IMG/VR virus record: IMGVR_UViG_3300044816_000098
Coordinates: 64,001 to 128,000 of that record
From: a virus
Reading direction: 5' to 3' (one strand)
Length of the DNA stretch: 64,000 nucleotides
Position numbers and translations under genes: made by a program. The notes beneath the pieces are model-generated. The model ran no database searches and was not told the origin of the DNA. It was given only the letters and a program-made list of their open reading frames with translations. This document shows positions 9,242-19,174 of this stretch, in pieces. Position 1 is the stretch's first letter; the number at the start of each line of letters is the position of its first letter.

Positions 9242-9279
9242 GCTCCATTCTGATACCCCGACTCGTCACGAGGAGAGCT

Positions 9280-9894
9280 ATGACCTTCGACACCGAATCC
9301 CCGACGGTGGAGACACCGATCGTCCGTCTGGACGACGACACCCAGGAACTGCCTGTGGTGCCCGTGGAAGAGCCCGTATCGCCTCCGTGGCCCCCGGCGC
9401 CGGTGAAGCCCTCCCGGCACGCCAGGAGGCGCCTGCACGGCCGTGACGTCCTCCTGCTGGCCGGAGGCATTCTCGTCATCGGCGGCCTGGTGGCCATCCA
9501 GCAGGTCGTCACCTCGAAGGACCCCGGGCCGGTCTCCCGCCCGCAGGTGCAGGAGCTGATGGTGATCACCTCGCCGCCGCCTTCGCTCACGAGCCTTCTG
9601 CCGAAGCATCTGCCCCGGCCGAGGAAGACCGCCCCGCGCACGATCGCTCCCACAGAAGCCCCCAGGACGGTCAAGGCCACGCCCAAGCCCTCGCCGACGG
9701 CGCTCACCATCAAGCCCTCGCCGAAGCCCAGTCACTCTGTGCGACCGTCTCCCACGCCCCCTCCCGTGGTCGAGACGACCCTCCCCAGCCCTTCGCCGGA
9801 CCCGGTGAGCACCTCGCCGAGCCCCTCGATCTCCCTCCCGGACCTGCCGCTCCCGACAGGCACGAAAAAGGAGTCATCTCCCCCGGGAGCATGA
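9280..9894 (+). CDS. Pro/Ser/Thr-rich single-pass membrane protein
   Basis: RBS; one TM helix followed by a PSP-rich tail. Confidence 0.7.
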   Translation: MTFDTESPTVETPIVRLDDDTQELPVVPVEEPVSPPWPPAPVKPSRHARRRLHGRDVLLLAGGILVIGGLVAIQQVVTSKDPGPVSRPQVQELMVITSPPPSLTSLLPKHLPRPRKTAPRTIAPTEAPRTVKATPKPSPTALTIKPSPKPSHSVRPSPTPPPVVETTLPSPSPDPVSTSPSPSISLPDLPLPTGTKKESSPPGA

Positions 9895-10023
9895 GCTTTC
9901 CACCAGCAGCTTTACCTGGTTTTTACTCAGAATCCGGAAAAACTGCCGGGAATACTGGGGCAAGCTGGATGGTAAGTGAAGAAAAAGGTGGCCGCATAAT
10001 GGCCCAGAACAGGACATCCTAAA

Positions 10024-10233
10024 GTGGTAGATCCCCGCGAGTACACCGACCGAATCACCAAGATCACGGGCCTGAGGAGCAAGCGGACGATCCTTCAGAC
10101 GGAGATCGACAACGAGATCGCGAAGGGATGGCGCCTGCGGCCCGGCGGCAAGACCAAGGCCGCCTTCGCCCTTCAGGTGGGACTCACCGTGACCGAACTC
10201 AACGCCCTCCTGCTGGCGATGGGGATCCACTGA
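10024..10233 (+). CDS. small hypothetical protein, possible DNA binder
   Basis: ORF after AT-rich intergenic region; KAAFALQVGLTVTEL. Confidence 0.55.
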   Translation: MVDPREYTDRITKITGLRSKRTILQTEIDNEIAKGWRLRPGGKTKAAFALQVGLTVTELNALLLAMGIH

Positions 10234-10271
10234 CCCCGGGTAGACAGCGTCTCAGCGGGTAGCAGAGCACC

Positions 10272-10439
10272 ATGGCCACCATCTATTTCGTTCTCCTGCT
10301 CCTCAGCGCGGTGAGCTTCTTCGCCGCTCTGTGGACGTGGCGTCGGGCCGAGCCGGTCCGGCCGTACCCGAACTTCATCGCGCTGGGCCTGCTGCTCTGG
10401 GTCCTCGTGCCTCTCATCCAGACGGCGAAGGCCATGTAG
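10272..10439 (+). CDS. 55-aa membrane protein (below ORF-track cutoff)
   Basis: MATIYFVLLLLSAVSFFAALWTW...FIALGLLLWVLVPLI, two TM. Confidence 0.65.
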   Translation: MATIYFVLLLLSAVSFFAALWTWRRAEPVRPYPNFIALGLLLWVLVPLIQTAKAM

Positions 10440-10516
10440 CTACTGCGGTCGGCGCCCCGAGAACCAGAGCCCCCGGATCATTCCCCCCAGCCGGGGGCTC
10501 TGCTCTGCCCTGGGGG

Positions 10517-10545
10517 TTGTACTCCTGCAATCCTTGTAGTAGAGT
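10517..10545 (+). promoter_or_regulatory. early promoter/operator copy
   Basis: TTGTAC-TCCTGCAATCCTTGTAG-TAGAGT. Confidence 0.8.
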
Positions 10546-10580
10546 CTCTCTCAACAGCCCGACGACTCCCCGGAGGATTC

Positions 10581-10922
10581 ATGGACGTATCCATCACCCG
10601 CGCCGTAGTGCGCTTCCCCGTCGAAGGCCGTATCTCCGACGGGCCCATCGTCCCTGTCGGCAACAGCGAGACCCTGACGATGCGGGCGGAGAACTTCCAG
10701 TTGCACCTCTTCGTCATGGACGGCAGGTGGACGTGCAGCGAGGTCACCGTCCTGGGGCCCATGGGCGCCGCCATCGGCTGGCAGAAGCCCGCGCAGCACA
10801 CCTACCTGCTGCACCTGCCCGGCGTCCCGCAGTGGGTGCTGGACCTGGTGGAGCTGGTCACGCCCTTCCAGAGTGCCCCGCTGTTCTCCCCGGACATCTT
10901 CAAGCTGGACGGTGACGCATGA
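10581..10922 (+). CDS. hypothetical protein
   Basis: GGAGG RBS. Confidence 0.75.
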   Translation: MDVSITRAVVRFPVEGRISDGPIVPVGNSETLTMRAENFQLHLFVMDGRWTCSEVTVLGPMGAAIGWQKPAQHTYLLHLPGVPQWVLDLVELVTPFQSAPLFSPDIFKLDGDA

Positions 10923-11176
10923 ACGAGATCGAGCAGTGGACCTTCACCCCGATCCGGGATGTCAAGGACATCACTCCTGCGATCGTCGACATGGTCGTGG
11001 AGATCCTGTCCGGCTGGTACCCCGAGGGCAAGATCGACTGGGACGACGTCTGGGATCGCATGGAGGACATGCCCATGGAGAACGGCTCGCACCTGGACCT
11101 CGGCTGCAACAAGCAATCCCTCGCGCTGAAGGCCCTCAAGGGCCGCGCGACGAAGCAGTTCAAGGAGGGTCTGTGA
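10919..11176 (+). CDS. hypothetical protein
   Basis: ATGA overlap. Confidence 0.7.
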   Translation: MNEIEQWTFTPIRDVKDITPAIVDMVVEILSGWYPEGKIDWDDVWDRMEDMPMENGSHLDLGCNKQSLALKALKGRATKQFKEGL

Positions 11177-11397
11177 CCGGCGCACACAGCAGGGGCCGTT
11201 GGGGCTGTCCCTACATCAACTGCGGTGTCATGCCCCTGGTGAACGGGGACGGATCTCTCCGCAAGCACCCCTACGAGGGCTTTCCGGTCTGTCCCGGCAG
11301 CGGATACAACATCGACCGCCCGGCCAAGGCCCAGGACGAAGCCCTGAGCAAGCGTGTGGACGAGATGTTCGTCCAGCGGAAGGACGTGGCGAGATGA
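11173..11397 (+). CDS. small Zn-binding protein
   Basis: CPYINC..RKH..CPGSG; RBS. Confidence 0.6.
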   Translation: MTGAHSRGRWGCPYINCGVMPLVNGDGSLRKHPYEGFPVCPGSGYNIDRPAKAQDEALSKRVDEMFVQRKDVAR

Positions 11398-11825
11398 CCG
11401 ACAAGAAGCCCCTGACCCGGCACCGGCGGTGTGGAGGCAGCCTGCCCCATCCGGACGCAGATGACGGCTGGAGGCGCTGCATCCTGGAATCCGGGCACCC
11501 GAAGTCTCACCGGGACGCCTCCGGGTGGATGTGGTTGGACGAGCATGCGGTGACGGTGACGACTGTGGAGATCGTCCAGGCCGTCCCCGACCACCGGCAC
11601 GGCTTCGTGGGAGACGAGGACGAGTGCGTCGGTCTCTACGAGTGTCGGCTTCAGTGGATGGAGCACCGGGCGGAGAAGCCGTTCGTCCTCGCGCAGAAGG
11701 CTCCCGCCGAGGACGCCTGTGTGGACGGCAACGGCAACGAATACCCCGAGCACGACTGGGAGGACACCCCGACCTGCCGTCGGTGTGACGCCGAGCCTGA
11801 GGAGGTCGCCGATGAAGAGCACTGA
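11394..11825 (+). CDS. Cys/His-rich hypothetical protein
   Basis: ATGA overlap; several C/H clusters. Confidence 0.65.
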   Translation: MTDKKPLTRHRRCGGSLPHPDADDGWRRCILESGHPKSHRDASGWMWLDEHAVTVTTVEIVQAVPDHRHGFVGDEDECVGLYECRLQWMEHRAEKPFVLAQKAPAEDACVDGNGNEYPEHDWEDTPTCRRCDAEPEEVADEEH

Positions 11826-12522
11826 GTTCCCGTGGCTCCAGCACCTGCCCGAGGAGGACCTGGAGCCGTTCCTCAAGGAGCTGGCCGAGACGGCCGTCCA
11901 CGCGATCAGCGTCCGGGACATCAGGGCACTGGACGCGATCGTCGCGGCCTGGCGGAGCACCGCCGAGGTCCTGTCCGACCCCGAGGTGAAGGAGACTCTC
12001 CTCACCGCCACCGAGGGGGACTTCGGAGAGGTGTCTCCCCCGTTCGAGAAGCACTGGTTCGCGCTGGGGTACCAGACTTTCGACTCGGTCAAGCTGGTCT
12101 ACACCAACATCTGTAGCACCTGCGAGCAGACGCGGGAGGAGGGGAACCACTATCCGAAGGGTTCGCCGCCCCGCTACGAGGCGATGCAGGACCTGTCCCC
12201 GGACGCCCTGCGGGCGTTCGTCATCCGCATGAGCGACATGCTCGGGGAGATGAACCAGGTCCAGAAGGCCAACAGGGAGTTGCTCAAGGTGATCGAGGCC
12301 AAGAACCGGTCTCTGGAGACCGTGGACAAGTTCCTGGAGCGCCGGGACAGGACCATCGGGGAGCAGAAGGACGCGCTGCGGGAGCAGGAAGAGCAGCTCA
12401 ACCGCGTGCGGAAGGTGGCGAAGGAGGCCATCACCGACTGCTTCGACGATGTCTCGGTCGATGATCTCCGAGGACCTCTTGGGAGCTTCGAACAGACCAA
12501 CAAGCACGGGGGCGCGCTGTAG
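11812..12522 (+). CDS. protein with N-terminal antitoxin-like segment and C-terminal coiled coil
   Basis: FPWLQHLPEEDLEPFLKEL..WRSTAEVLSDPE..GDFGEVSPP resembles the C-terminal half of actinobacterial prevent-host-death-family antitoxins (from memory). Confidence 0.6.
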   Translation: MKSTEFPWLQHLPEEDLEPFLKELAETAVHAISVRDIRALDAIVAAWRSTAEVLSDPEVKETLLTATEGDFGEVSPPFEKHWFALGYQTFDSVKLVYTNICSTCEQTREEGNHYPKGSPPRYEAMQDLSPDALRAFVIRMSDMLGEMNQVQKANRELLKVIEAKNRSLETVDKFLERRDRTIGEQKDALREQEEQLNRVRKVAKEAITDCFDDVSVDDLRGPLGSFEQTNKHGGAL

Positions 12523-12590
12523 TTCACCCCTGATCGACCAACACCCCCTGAGTCCCCGGACGTTGAACATGACGCCGGGGGCTCTTGCTG

Positions 12591-12619
12591 TTGTACTCCC
12601 GCAATCCTTGTAGTAGAGT
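12591..12619 (+). promoter_or_regulatory. early promoter/operator copy
   Basis: TTGTAC-17-TAGAGT. Confidence 0.8.
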
Positions 12620-12654
12620 CAGTGCTGCCAGAGAAGCCAATCCGAGGAGTCCCC

Positions 12655-13083
12655 ATGAACAAAGCTCTCTTCATCGAGCGGGTGCGCAAGAGCACAGGCA
12701 TGACCCAGAACGAGGCCGCCGAGGCGGTGGAAGCCGTGCTGGACACCATGGTCCGGGTGGTGGCGGAGGGCGGCAACGTCTCCATCACCGGCTTCGGCAC
12801 CCTCACCTCGAAGGAGTGGCCCGCGCGTTGGGCCCGTAACCCGCAGACCGGCGAGCGTGTCCGGGTCAAGAAGGTGGTCCGCCCGAAGTTCCTCCCTGGT
12901 GCGAACTTCTCGGAGCTGGTGGCGGGCAACAAGAAGCTCCCCAAGACGGGCTCTGCCATCACCAAGGCGGCCAAAGGCTCCGTCGCCGCGCAGAAGGCCA
13001 AGGAGGCCGAGCGTGCCGAGCGGCGGGAAGCCCTGAGGGCCGAGCGTGCCGCGCTCAAGGCCATCGTGGAGGGCACCAAGTGA
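12655..13083 (+). CDS. hup: HU family DNA-binding protein
   Basis: MNKA..VSITGFGT..ARNPQTGE..PKFLPG plus basic tail. Confidence 0.92.
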   Translation: MNKALFIERVRKSTGMTQNEAAEAVEAVLDTMVRVVAEGGNVSITGFGTLTSKEWPARWARNPQTGERVRVKKVVRPKFLPGANFSELVAGNKKLPKTGSAITKAAKGSVAAQKAKEAERAERREALRAERAALKAIVEGTK

Positions 13084-13433
13084 CCGACCTGAACGCCGAG
13101 GGGCGCATCCGGCTCTACATGGAGCTGAACGACTACCCCAACATCTCCGCCGAGATCGCCTACGACCCTCGCTTCAAGAGCGAGGAGTGGCCGCGCACCA
13201 TGTACGCGATCACCAGGGACGACATGCAGGCCGTGCTGGCCGAGTTGGAGCACCTGCGGGAGGTCCGCAACGGGTTCGCCGAGAAGCTGCTGGATCTGGA
13301 CTCGGCCAACGTCAAGATCATCGCTCTCGCTACTGAGGCGGCCACCGCCTTCGGGTCCACGACCGAGCAGTACAACCAGCTCAAGGCGGACTACGACAAG
13401 CTGGAATGGATGATGGAGGAGCTGCGCAAATGA
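13080..13433 (+). CDS. hypothetical coiled-coil protein
   Basis: GTGA overlap. Confidence 0.7.
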   Translation: MTDLNAEGRIRLYMELNDYPNISAEIAYDPRFKSEEWPRTMYAITRDDMQAVLAELEHLREVRNGFAEKLLDLDSANVKIIALATEAATAFGSTTEQYNQLKADYDKLEWMMEELRK

Positions 13434-13858
13434 ACCTCATGACCAAGGGGGATCGGGTCTGGCTCGCGGAGGACTACGAGCCGCCGGAGCGCCGGTTCGG
13501 CACCGTGGAAGAGGTCGCGGAGGATGGCCGCTTCGGCATCCGCTACGACGATGGTGTGCTCATCCCGTACGACTCTGCGGACAAGCACTTCTTCTCCCTC
13601 ATGAGCCCGGCGACCTCCCGCCCGCACCGCAGGGCCCTGTTCAACGCCGTGGTCGCCCCTGGGGCTGCCGGAAGCAAAGTCTCCCCGGGAGAGCTGACCA
13701 AGCTCATCGACCGGGCGCTGAACGAGCGTGTGGCGGAGGTTCTCGCGAGGGTCGAGGAGACCAGGGCCCGGCGGGTGTACCCCACCACGGCGGACCCTTT
13801 CGAGGCCATCGGCTGGGAATCCTCCATCGCGGTCATCAAGAGGGAGCTGGAGAAGTGA
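13430..13858 (+). CDS. hypothetical protein, SH3/Tudor-like N terminus
   Basis: KGDRVWL..GTVEEV..GIRYDDG. Confidence 0.65.
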   Translation: MNLMTKGDRVWLAEDYEPPERRFGTVEEVAEDGRFGIRYDDGVLIPYDSADKHFFSLMSPATSRPHRRALFNAVVAPGAAGSKVSPGELTKLIDRALNERVAEVLARVEETRARRVYPTTADPFEAIGWESSIAVIKRELEK

Positions 13859-14313
13859 TCGTCGTCGGCAAGGAATTCATCGAGAACGCCCAGCGTGACC
13901 TGATCGACGCTCTGGAGGGGGAGGATTCCTCAGACCAGGTGAAGGTCATGGTCGAGGAATTCGTCCGGCTGCACGAGCTGTACCGGGACCGGCTCATGGC
14001 CGAGCGGCTCGAACAGTGGATGAAGCACCACCCCGAGCACACGCACAGTCAGCGCGGGATGGGGGTAAAGATCGCCCTGGAGCTGATCGACCCGAAGATC
14101 CGGATGCTCCAGGAGCACGGTTTCGACGAACTGGTCTTCGGTGGGTTCATCTGCCTCCTGTGCTCGCCGGAGAACAGCGATGATCCATACGCCGACGTCA
14201 TGTGGCCCTGCTCTGCCCTGAGGGCTGTTGGGCTCACCGAGCAAGAAGCCATCGACCACATCACGGCTCAGCGGGAGCGCTGGGCCAAGGAGCGCGAGGA
14301 GAGGCATGCCTAA
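13855..14313 (+). CDS. hypothetical protein
   Basis: GTGA overlap; CLLC..WPC. Confidence 0.7.
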   Translation: MIVVGKEFIENAQRDLIDALEGEDSSDQVKVMVEEFVRLHELYRDRLMAERLEQWMKHHPEHTHSQRGMGVKIALELIDPKIRMLQEHGFDELVFGGFICLLCSPENSDDPYADVMWPCSALRAVGLTEQEAIDHITAQRERWAKEREERHA

Positions 14314-14461
14314 GCACACCAACGACAACCCGACCCCCGAAGAGCGGGGCCAGGAGCTGGCCAAGGACCTGGACGCGAGCTGGGCGGAGCACCACCGGGA
14401 CGAGCCGGAGGACTACCCGGCCATCCGCAACATGGAGGGCAAGAAGGGCGAAAAGTCGTGA
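14306..14461 (+). CDS. small hypothetical protein
   Basis: RBS, fills gap between genes. Confidence 0.55.
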   Translation: MPKHTNDNPTPEERGQELAKDLDASWAEHHRDEPEDYPAIRNMEGKKGEKS

Positions 14462-14853
14462 AGTTCGCGAAGCACGACATCATCCTGGACGGCGCCGGGG
14501 TCGAGTACCTGATCCTCGCGGTGGGGGATGACAGCTACTTCATCCGCAGCCTCCAGCCGGGACAGCCCCACCGCGAGACCTGCTGGTCCTTCACCGGCCC
14601 GCAGAGCGCGGACGCCCAGTGCACGCTGGTGGAGCCCAAGACGGCGGTGGACGTCCTCCTGAGGGCCCTGGTGGCCCCCACGGCGCCCTTCCTGGCCGAG
14701 GCCAACCAGCTCATCAACGGCGCCCGGAGCGAGTGGTCCAGGGAGTTGGCGGGGGAGCTGGAGTTGATCCTCGCCGACCTCGCCCCGGACCGTACCACGC
14801 GGCCGGGCCTGGAGATGGCGGTCAACCGGTTGAAGAACGCTGCCGATCGGTGA
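14458..14853 (+). CDS. hypothetical protein
   Basis: GTGA overlap. Confidence 0.7.
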   Translation: MKFAKHDIILDGAGVEYLILAVGDDSYFIRSLQPGQPHRETCWSFTGPQSADAQCTLVEPKTAVDVLLRALVAPTAPFLAEANQLINGARSEWSRELAGELELILADLAPDRTTRPGLEMAVNRLKNAADR

Positions 14854-15473
14854 TGAAGATCTACGTTCCTTGGTCCGAGGAACAGGTGGCCGCCCTGAAT
14901 GCCGCACAGGCAGCAGGGCGGCACACGCCTGTGCTCTGTGCCGTTGACCATTTCGGTCCCGCGCCCAAGCTCGTCGCGTACTGGAACGGCTGGCGGTGCT
15001 GGGTGCCCGACTGCGGGTATTCCCAGACGTGGGCCTACGAGTGGATGGCCGACCCCGAGATACAGGCCCCGCCCAAGGAGACCATGCGGGAACGGATCAT
15101 GCGGGAGATGCCGGAGAGCATCCGTCTCGCGCTCGTGGCGTCCCTGGACGAGCCGAGTCCTCCGGGCCCGTCGGGCAATGCCGAGGACTGCCACATCTGC
15201 TGTGTGAAGAACCTGCCGTACCCGTTCATCTGCGAGTGCCCCGTACAGCCGCTCCGCCCCCGGTATGCCCTGCACGCGGGGACTGTCCGGTCGGAGAACG
15301 ACGGCCAGTTCCACCAGATCGGGGTAACCCGGCTGGCGGCTCTGTACCGGCTGGGTCCCCAGGAGTGGGTGGCCTGGAACAACAACGCGGACCACCTGCG
15401 CATAGGCCAGGACTACATCCACCTGTTCCCCCGCCACGACGGGGACTACCGGGTGCCCGGAAGGGACTTCTGA
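14853..15473 (+). CDS. hypothetical Cys-rich protein
   Basis: TGATG overlap. Confidence 0.65.
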   Translation: MKIYVPWSEEQVAALNAAQAAGRHTPVLCAVDHFGPAPKLVAYWNGWRCWVPDCGYSQTWAYEWMADPEIQAPPKETMRERIMREMPESIRLALVASLDEPSPPGPSGNAEDCHICCVKNLPYPFICECPVQPLRPRYALHAGTVRSENDGQFHQIGVTRLAALYRLGPQEWVAWNNNADHLRIGQDYIHLFPRHDGDYRVPGRDF

Positions 15474-15570
15474 TGTGGGATTCGACTGGGGTCAAGTGGT
15501 TCCTGATCTGGGTCGGGATCATGATCTTTATCGCCGCCGTCGGGATGTTCATGTCTCTCTGAGAAGGGGC

Positions 15571-15599
15571 TTGTACTCCTGCAATCCTTGTAGTAACTT
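15571..15599 (+). promoter_or_regulatory. early promoter/operator copy
   Basis: TTGTAC-17-TAACTT. Confidence 0.8.
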
Positions 15600-15638
15600 C
15601 GTCCTTGTCACCAAGACATCCCGCCAGAGGAGACCCAC

Positions 15639-16016
15639 ATGAAGCTGAACAAGAACGTCATCGCCTCCGCCCTGCTGGTCCCCACGGTCCTCGTCGGCCT
15701 CTCGGCCTGTAGCAGTGCCTCCAAGCCGAAGACCAACAAGATCAAGGGCTCCTTCCCCGTCTGCCAGACCACCAAGGTGCTGGACGGCGTGCGGGTCGAC
15801 CGCAGCGCGAAGACCCCGTGTCTCGTCCAGGACTCCAACGGCTATGGCGTGATCGCCCCGTCGAAGTCCTCCACGAAGTCCCCGTCGCCCTCCTCGTCGG
15901 GCCTGACGGTCAAGCCCACCAGCTCCGCCAAGGCCACCGCCACGGCGAAGGTCGATGCCAAGCCGACCGCCACGAAGAGCCTGAACAAGCCGAAGCCCTC
16001 TTCCACCAAGCACTGA
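15639..16016 (+). CDS. lipoprotein
   Basis: Signal peptide with LSAC lipobox; K/S/T-rich tail. Confidence 0.75.
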   Translation: MKLNKNVIASALLVPTVLVGLSACSSASKPKTNKIKGSFPVCQTTKVLDGVRVDRSAKTPCLVQDSNGYGVIAPSKSSTKSPSPSSSGLTVKPTSSAKATATAKVDAKPTATKSLNKPKPSSTKH

Positions 16017-16082
16017 CCTCCCCGTTCGTCCCCGGGCCGCCGCCACTTCGGCGGCGGCCCGTCCCGTTGAGAGGAGAGCCTC

Positions 16083-16415
16083 ATGGCGATCGAGCCGATG
16101 AGCACCGAGAAGTACGCCGACCTGGTCAACCGGGTCCGGAAGGCTGCATTCGTCCACAACGTCACCACGATGGGCATCGGCCTCGCGGAAGAGATCGTGG
16201 ACGCCGTCATCACCGGTGCCGGTCTCGTGGGGCCCACGCCGGAACTGCGCCTGGAGACCGAGTGCTCCGCGCTCATGTGGGACGCGGAGGGCGGCAACTG
16301 GCAGGTGTGCGACGACGACCCTGGGCATGCCGGAGACCACGACAACTCCGAGTGGACCTGGGCCGACAGCGACCCCAACGCAGTTCTGGCGGAGGTGTCC
16401 CGGACATGGGAGTGA
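16083..16415 (+). CDS. hypothetical protein
   Basis: GAGGAG RBS. Confidence 0.7.
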   Translation: MAIEPMSTEKYADLVNRVRKAAFVHNVTTMGIGLAEEIVDAVITGAGLVGPTPELRLETECSALMWDAEGGNWQVCDDDPGHAGDHDNSEWTWADSDPNAVLAEVSRTWE

Positions 16416-16867
16416 TGATCCACGACACCGTGATTGTCCTGGTCAGCGGCTACGTCCTGAAGGATCCCCAGGAGAACGGCTACCCGGACCTGGCGAAGTT
16501 CCTGAAGGAGATGCCCCAGGGGCTGCGGCCCCTGGTCGTCGGCCCGATCCAGGCGGTAGAGGGCGGAGACGTCTCCTTCTTCTGGGCGCCGGACGGCTCC
16601 AAGGAGGGCTGGGACACCTCCAACCTCGCCGACGAGTGGCGGGAGAAGTTCATCCAGCTCTTCAGCTTCGCGTATGACGACGGCAGCAGCCCGTATGACG
16701 TGCTGCACGTCCGCTTCGGTCCCGACCTGCGCGGCAACTACCTGCCGTCGGAGCTGCATGAGCCGGTCCGGTGTACCTGCGGGAACGAGGCCCTGGAGAA
16801 CCTGGGCTACAGGGACCACCTCGAAGGGTGCCCGCAGAAGGGCCGGAACAAGGAGCTGACGGCATGA
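16406..16867 (+). CDS. hypothetical protein
   Basis: High GC3; PDGSKEGW motif; start approximate. Confidence 0.7.
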   Translation: MGVMIHDTVIVLVSGYVLKDPQENGYPDLAKFLKEMPQGLRPLVVGPIQAVEGGDVSFFWAPDGSKEGWDTSNLADEWREKFIQLFSFAYDDGSSPYDVLHVRFGPDLRGNYLPSELHEPVRCTCGNEALENLGYRDHLEGCPQKGRNKELTA

Positions 16868-17511
16868 AGAGCGGTGACAACGGACGGAGCTTTTACGGCG
16901 ATGGGCCCATCACTACGAGCTACGGCAACGTGGTCGAGGTGTATCCCTCCTCGGCTGCCACCCGCGCGTGCGTGTGGCTCAGTGTGAGCGTGAGCCCCCA
17001 CCTCCGGCAGCCCATCGCCCACATGGACCTGGAGCAGGCCACGGCTGTCCGGGACGCGCTGACCGAGTTCATCGACAGCGAGAGCAAGGAGGAGGCGGAG
17101 CCCTCTTTCCTCCCCTGCAACAGCACACGCTTCTGCGTCTCGCATGGCTACTGCTGGCGATGCAACAAGACGAAGTACATCGGGTGCTGGGGCCAGAACG
17201 GGGTCTCCACCCCGGGCTGCGACTGTGCCCACGAGGACATGGGCGCGCAGTGGCACGCGAATAACTGCGCGTGGATCATCGCCCAGCAGACGCGTCCTGA
17301 CGAGGTGTTCCGCGAGCGGTGCGGGGCCGAGATCGTCAAGGCCCTGGAGAGCCTCACCCCGGGTCTGACCCTGGGGCGCATCTGGGGCAGGCGGTCCGGG
17401 ACCTCCCATCAGGACGGCTGGGAGTCCAACCTCTGGGCGATGGACCCGAAGGACCTCGCCGAACTCGTGATGAAGGTGCTCGACCCGCTGATCCGACCGG
17501 AGGACAAATGA
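16864..17511 (+). CDS. hypothetical Cys-rich protein
   Basis: ATGA overlap, RBS. Confidence 0.7.
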   Translation: MKSGDNGRSFYGDGPITTSYGNVVEVYPSSAATRACVWLSVSVSPHLRQPIAHMDLEQATAVRDALTEFIDSESKEEAEPSFLPCNSTRFCVSHGYCWRCNKTKYIGCWGQNGVSTPGCDCAHEDMGAQWHANNCAWIIAQQTRPDEVFRERCGAEIVKALESLTPGLTLGRIWGRRSGTSHQDGWESNLWAMDPKDLAELVMKVLDPLIRPEDK

Positions 17512-18110
17512 GCGACAAGTACACCGGCTTCCAGCGCCGGGTGATGGAGATCTTCTACCTGGCGGACGTCAGGGACGATCTCCTGTGGCACGTCAAGGAC
17601 GATCAGCTCCACCTCTCCGCCGACGTCAGCGACATCTTCGACTGGGCCAGTGCGGACTCCGAGGCCATCACGCCGGAGACCCTGCCGGTCCTGGAGAAGG
17701 CGTACGAGGACCTCGAAGCGGTCGATGGGCTCGGGTACCTCGCCGACCTCTACGGCGCCCGTATGCGGCGTCAGAGGCCCCAGGGTGCCGCCTATCCGGA
17801 CGACCCGAAGGTCATCGAGCTGCTTCACGCCTGCGGCCCGCCGCGCGGGAGAGACCTGTCCAACCCCCGGCACCCTCCGGAGCCGATTCCCCCGATGGAC
17901 CCTAAGGACGTCGTGGACCCGCAGGAGTACCCGTACTCCGACGGAGAGTTCATCGTCCTCGGCCCGGAGATCTTCGTGACCAACGACGGGGGCGTCATCT
18001 GCTGGAAGGGCGTGAACTACGTCCTCCAGAACGAGGGTCCGTGGGAGGTCATCGCCGAGCGTGCAGCCCACCCGCTGATCGAGATCAACATCCCGCTGGA
18101 GGACGCATGA
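17508..18110 (+). CDS. hypothetical protein
   Basis: GGAGG RBS, ATGA overlap. Confidence 0.75.
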   Translation: MSDKYTGFQRRVMEIFYLADVRDDLLWHVKDDQLHLSADVSDIFDWASADSEAITPETLPVLEKAYEDLEAVDGLGYLADLYGARMRRQRPQGAAYPDDPKVIELLHACGPPRGRDLSNPRHPPEPIPPMDPKDVVDPQEYPYSDGEFIVLGPEIFVTNDGGVICWKGVNYVLQNEGPWEVIAERAAHPLIEINIPLEDA

Positions 18111-19069
18111 CCAATGAAGCCCTGGGCACCCGCATGAAGGTCTACGAGGCCCCGTACCAGTACCTGCTGCCTCGCCGGACGTACACGATCGTCAGGGTGG
18201 ACGGCAGGGCCTTCCACACGTACCTGAAGGACGCCAACCGCCCCTTCGACGTCGGGGTGGCCGACGCGATGGACGAGGTGGCCACCGCGCTGTGCAAGGA
18301 GATGGCGGGGTCTGTCTTCGCCTACACCCAGTCCGACGAGGTCTCGGTGCTCCTCACGGACTTCGCCCGGCTGACCACCTCGCCGTGGTTCAACGGAGAG
18401 GTCCAGAAGATCTCCTCGGTCGCGGCCAGCATCGCCACCTCGATCTTCAACCTCAGCTACTCGCCCAAGACCGGGGAGACGGCCTTCCCCGGCCGGGCCA
18501 CCTTCGACGCGCGGGTCTACACGATCCCGCAGACGATCGAGGTCGCCAACTACTTCGTCTGGCGCCAGCAGGACGCGGTGCGCAACGCAGTGAGCATGGC
18601 GGCCCGTGCGTACTTCACCCACAGCGAGTGCAGGAACAAGACCGGCGCGCAGCTCCAGGAGATGCTCTTCCTGGAGAAGAGGATCAACTTCAACGACTAT
18701 CCGGCGCGCTTCAAGCGCGGAGGAGTGGTGACCAAGGAGACCGAGGTCTCCGGCGGCTCCTACACCGACAAGCGCACCGGCCTGGTGATGCCGATCCTCC
18801 CCGTCCCGCGCAAGCTGTGGGTCATGGGGGACGCTCCGCACTTCACCGCCGCACCGAACACGTTCCTCTCCCAGCAGATCCCCGGGTACAACCGCAGCGA
18901 GACCCTGACTCCCTCGCTGGAGGTCGGAGATCTGCTGGCGGACCTGGAGACGACCGAGGCCGAGATGGAGAGGCGCGGCCGGACCATCACCGCGCTCCAG
19001 GGTCAGATCCAGCAGATGGAGAGGGTCCTCGCGGAGACTCCCCAGGAGCAGGCCGAGCCGGTAATCTGA
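18107..19069 (+). CDS. thg1: tRNA(His) guanylyltransferase Thg1-family protein
   Basis: RMKVYE, RVDGRAFH, YTQSDEVS, FDARV, YFVWRQQDAVRN, FKRG. Confidence 0.93.
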   Translation: MTNEALGTRMKVYEAPYQYLLPRRTYTIVRVDGRAFHTYLKDANRPFDVGVADAMDEVATALCKEMAGSVFAYTQSDEVSVLLTDFARLTTSPWFNGEVQKISSVAASIATSIFNLSYSPKTGETAFPGRATFDARVYTIPQTIEVANYFVWRQQDAVRNAVSMAARAYFTHSECRNKTGAQLQEMLFLEKRINFNDYPARFKRGGVVTKETEVSGGSYTDKRTGLVMPILPVPRKLWVMGDAPHFTAAPNTFLSQQIPGYNRSETLTPSLEVGDLLADLETTEAEMERRGRTITALQGQIQQMERVLAETPQEQAEPVI

Positions 19070-19091
19070 CCGCGAGGCGTGCCACGTACTC

Positions 19092-19129
19092 TGACGAAGC
19101 CCCGGCCTGACACAGCCGGGGCTTCGTCA
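19092..19129 (+). terminator. hairpin terminator
   Basis: TGACGAAGCCCCGGC/GCCGGGGCTTCGTCA. Confidence 0.75.
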
Positions 19130-19174
19130 CGTCTACGTATCGGTTCTCGCGGGAACCCGGTAATCTCCAGTGAT

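Noticed and set aside
9895-10023. AT-rich stretch as a replication origin
   Set aside because: Short, with no iterons or DnaA boxes that I could see; more likely promoter sequence
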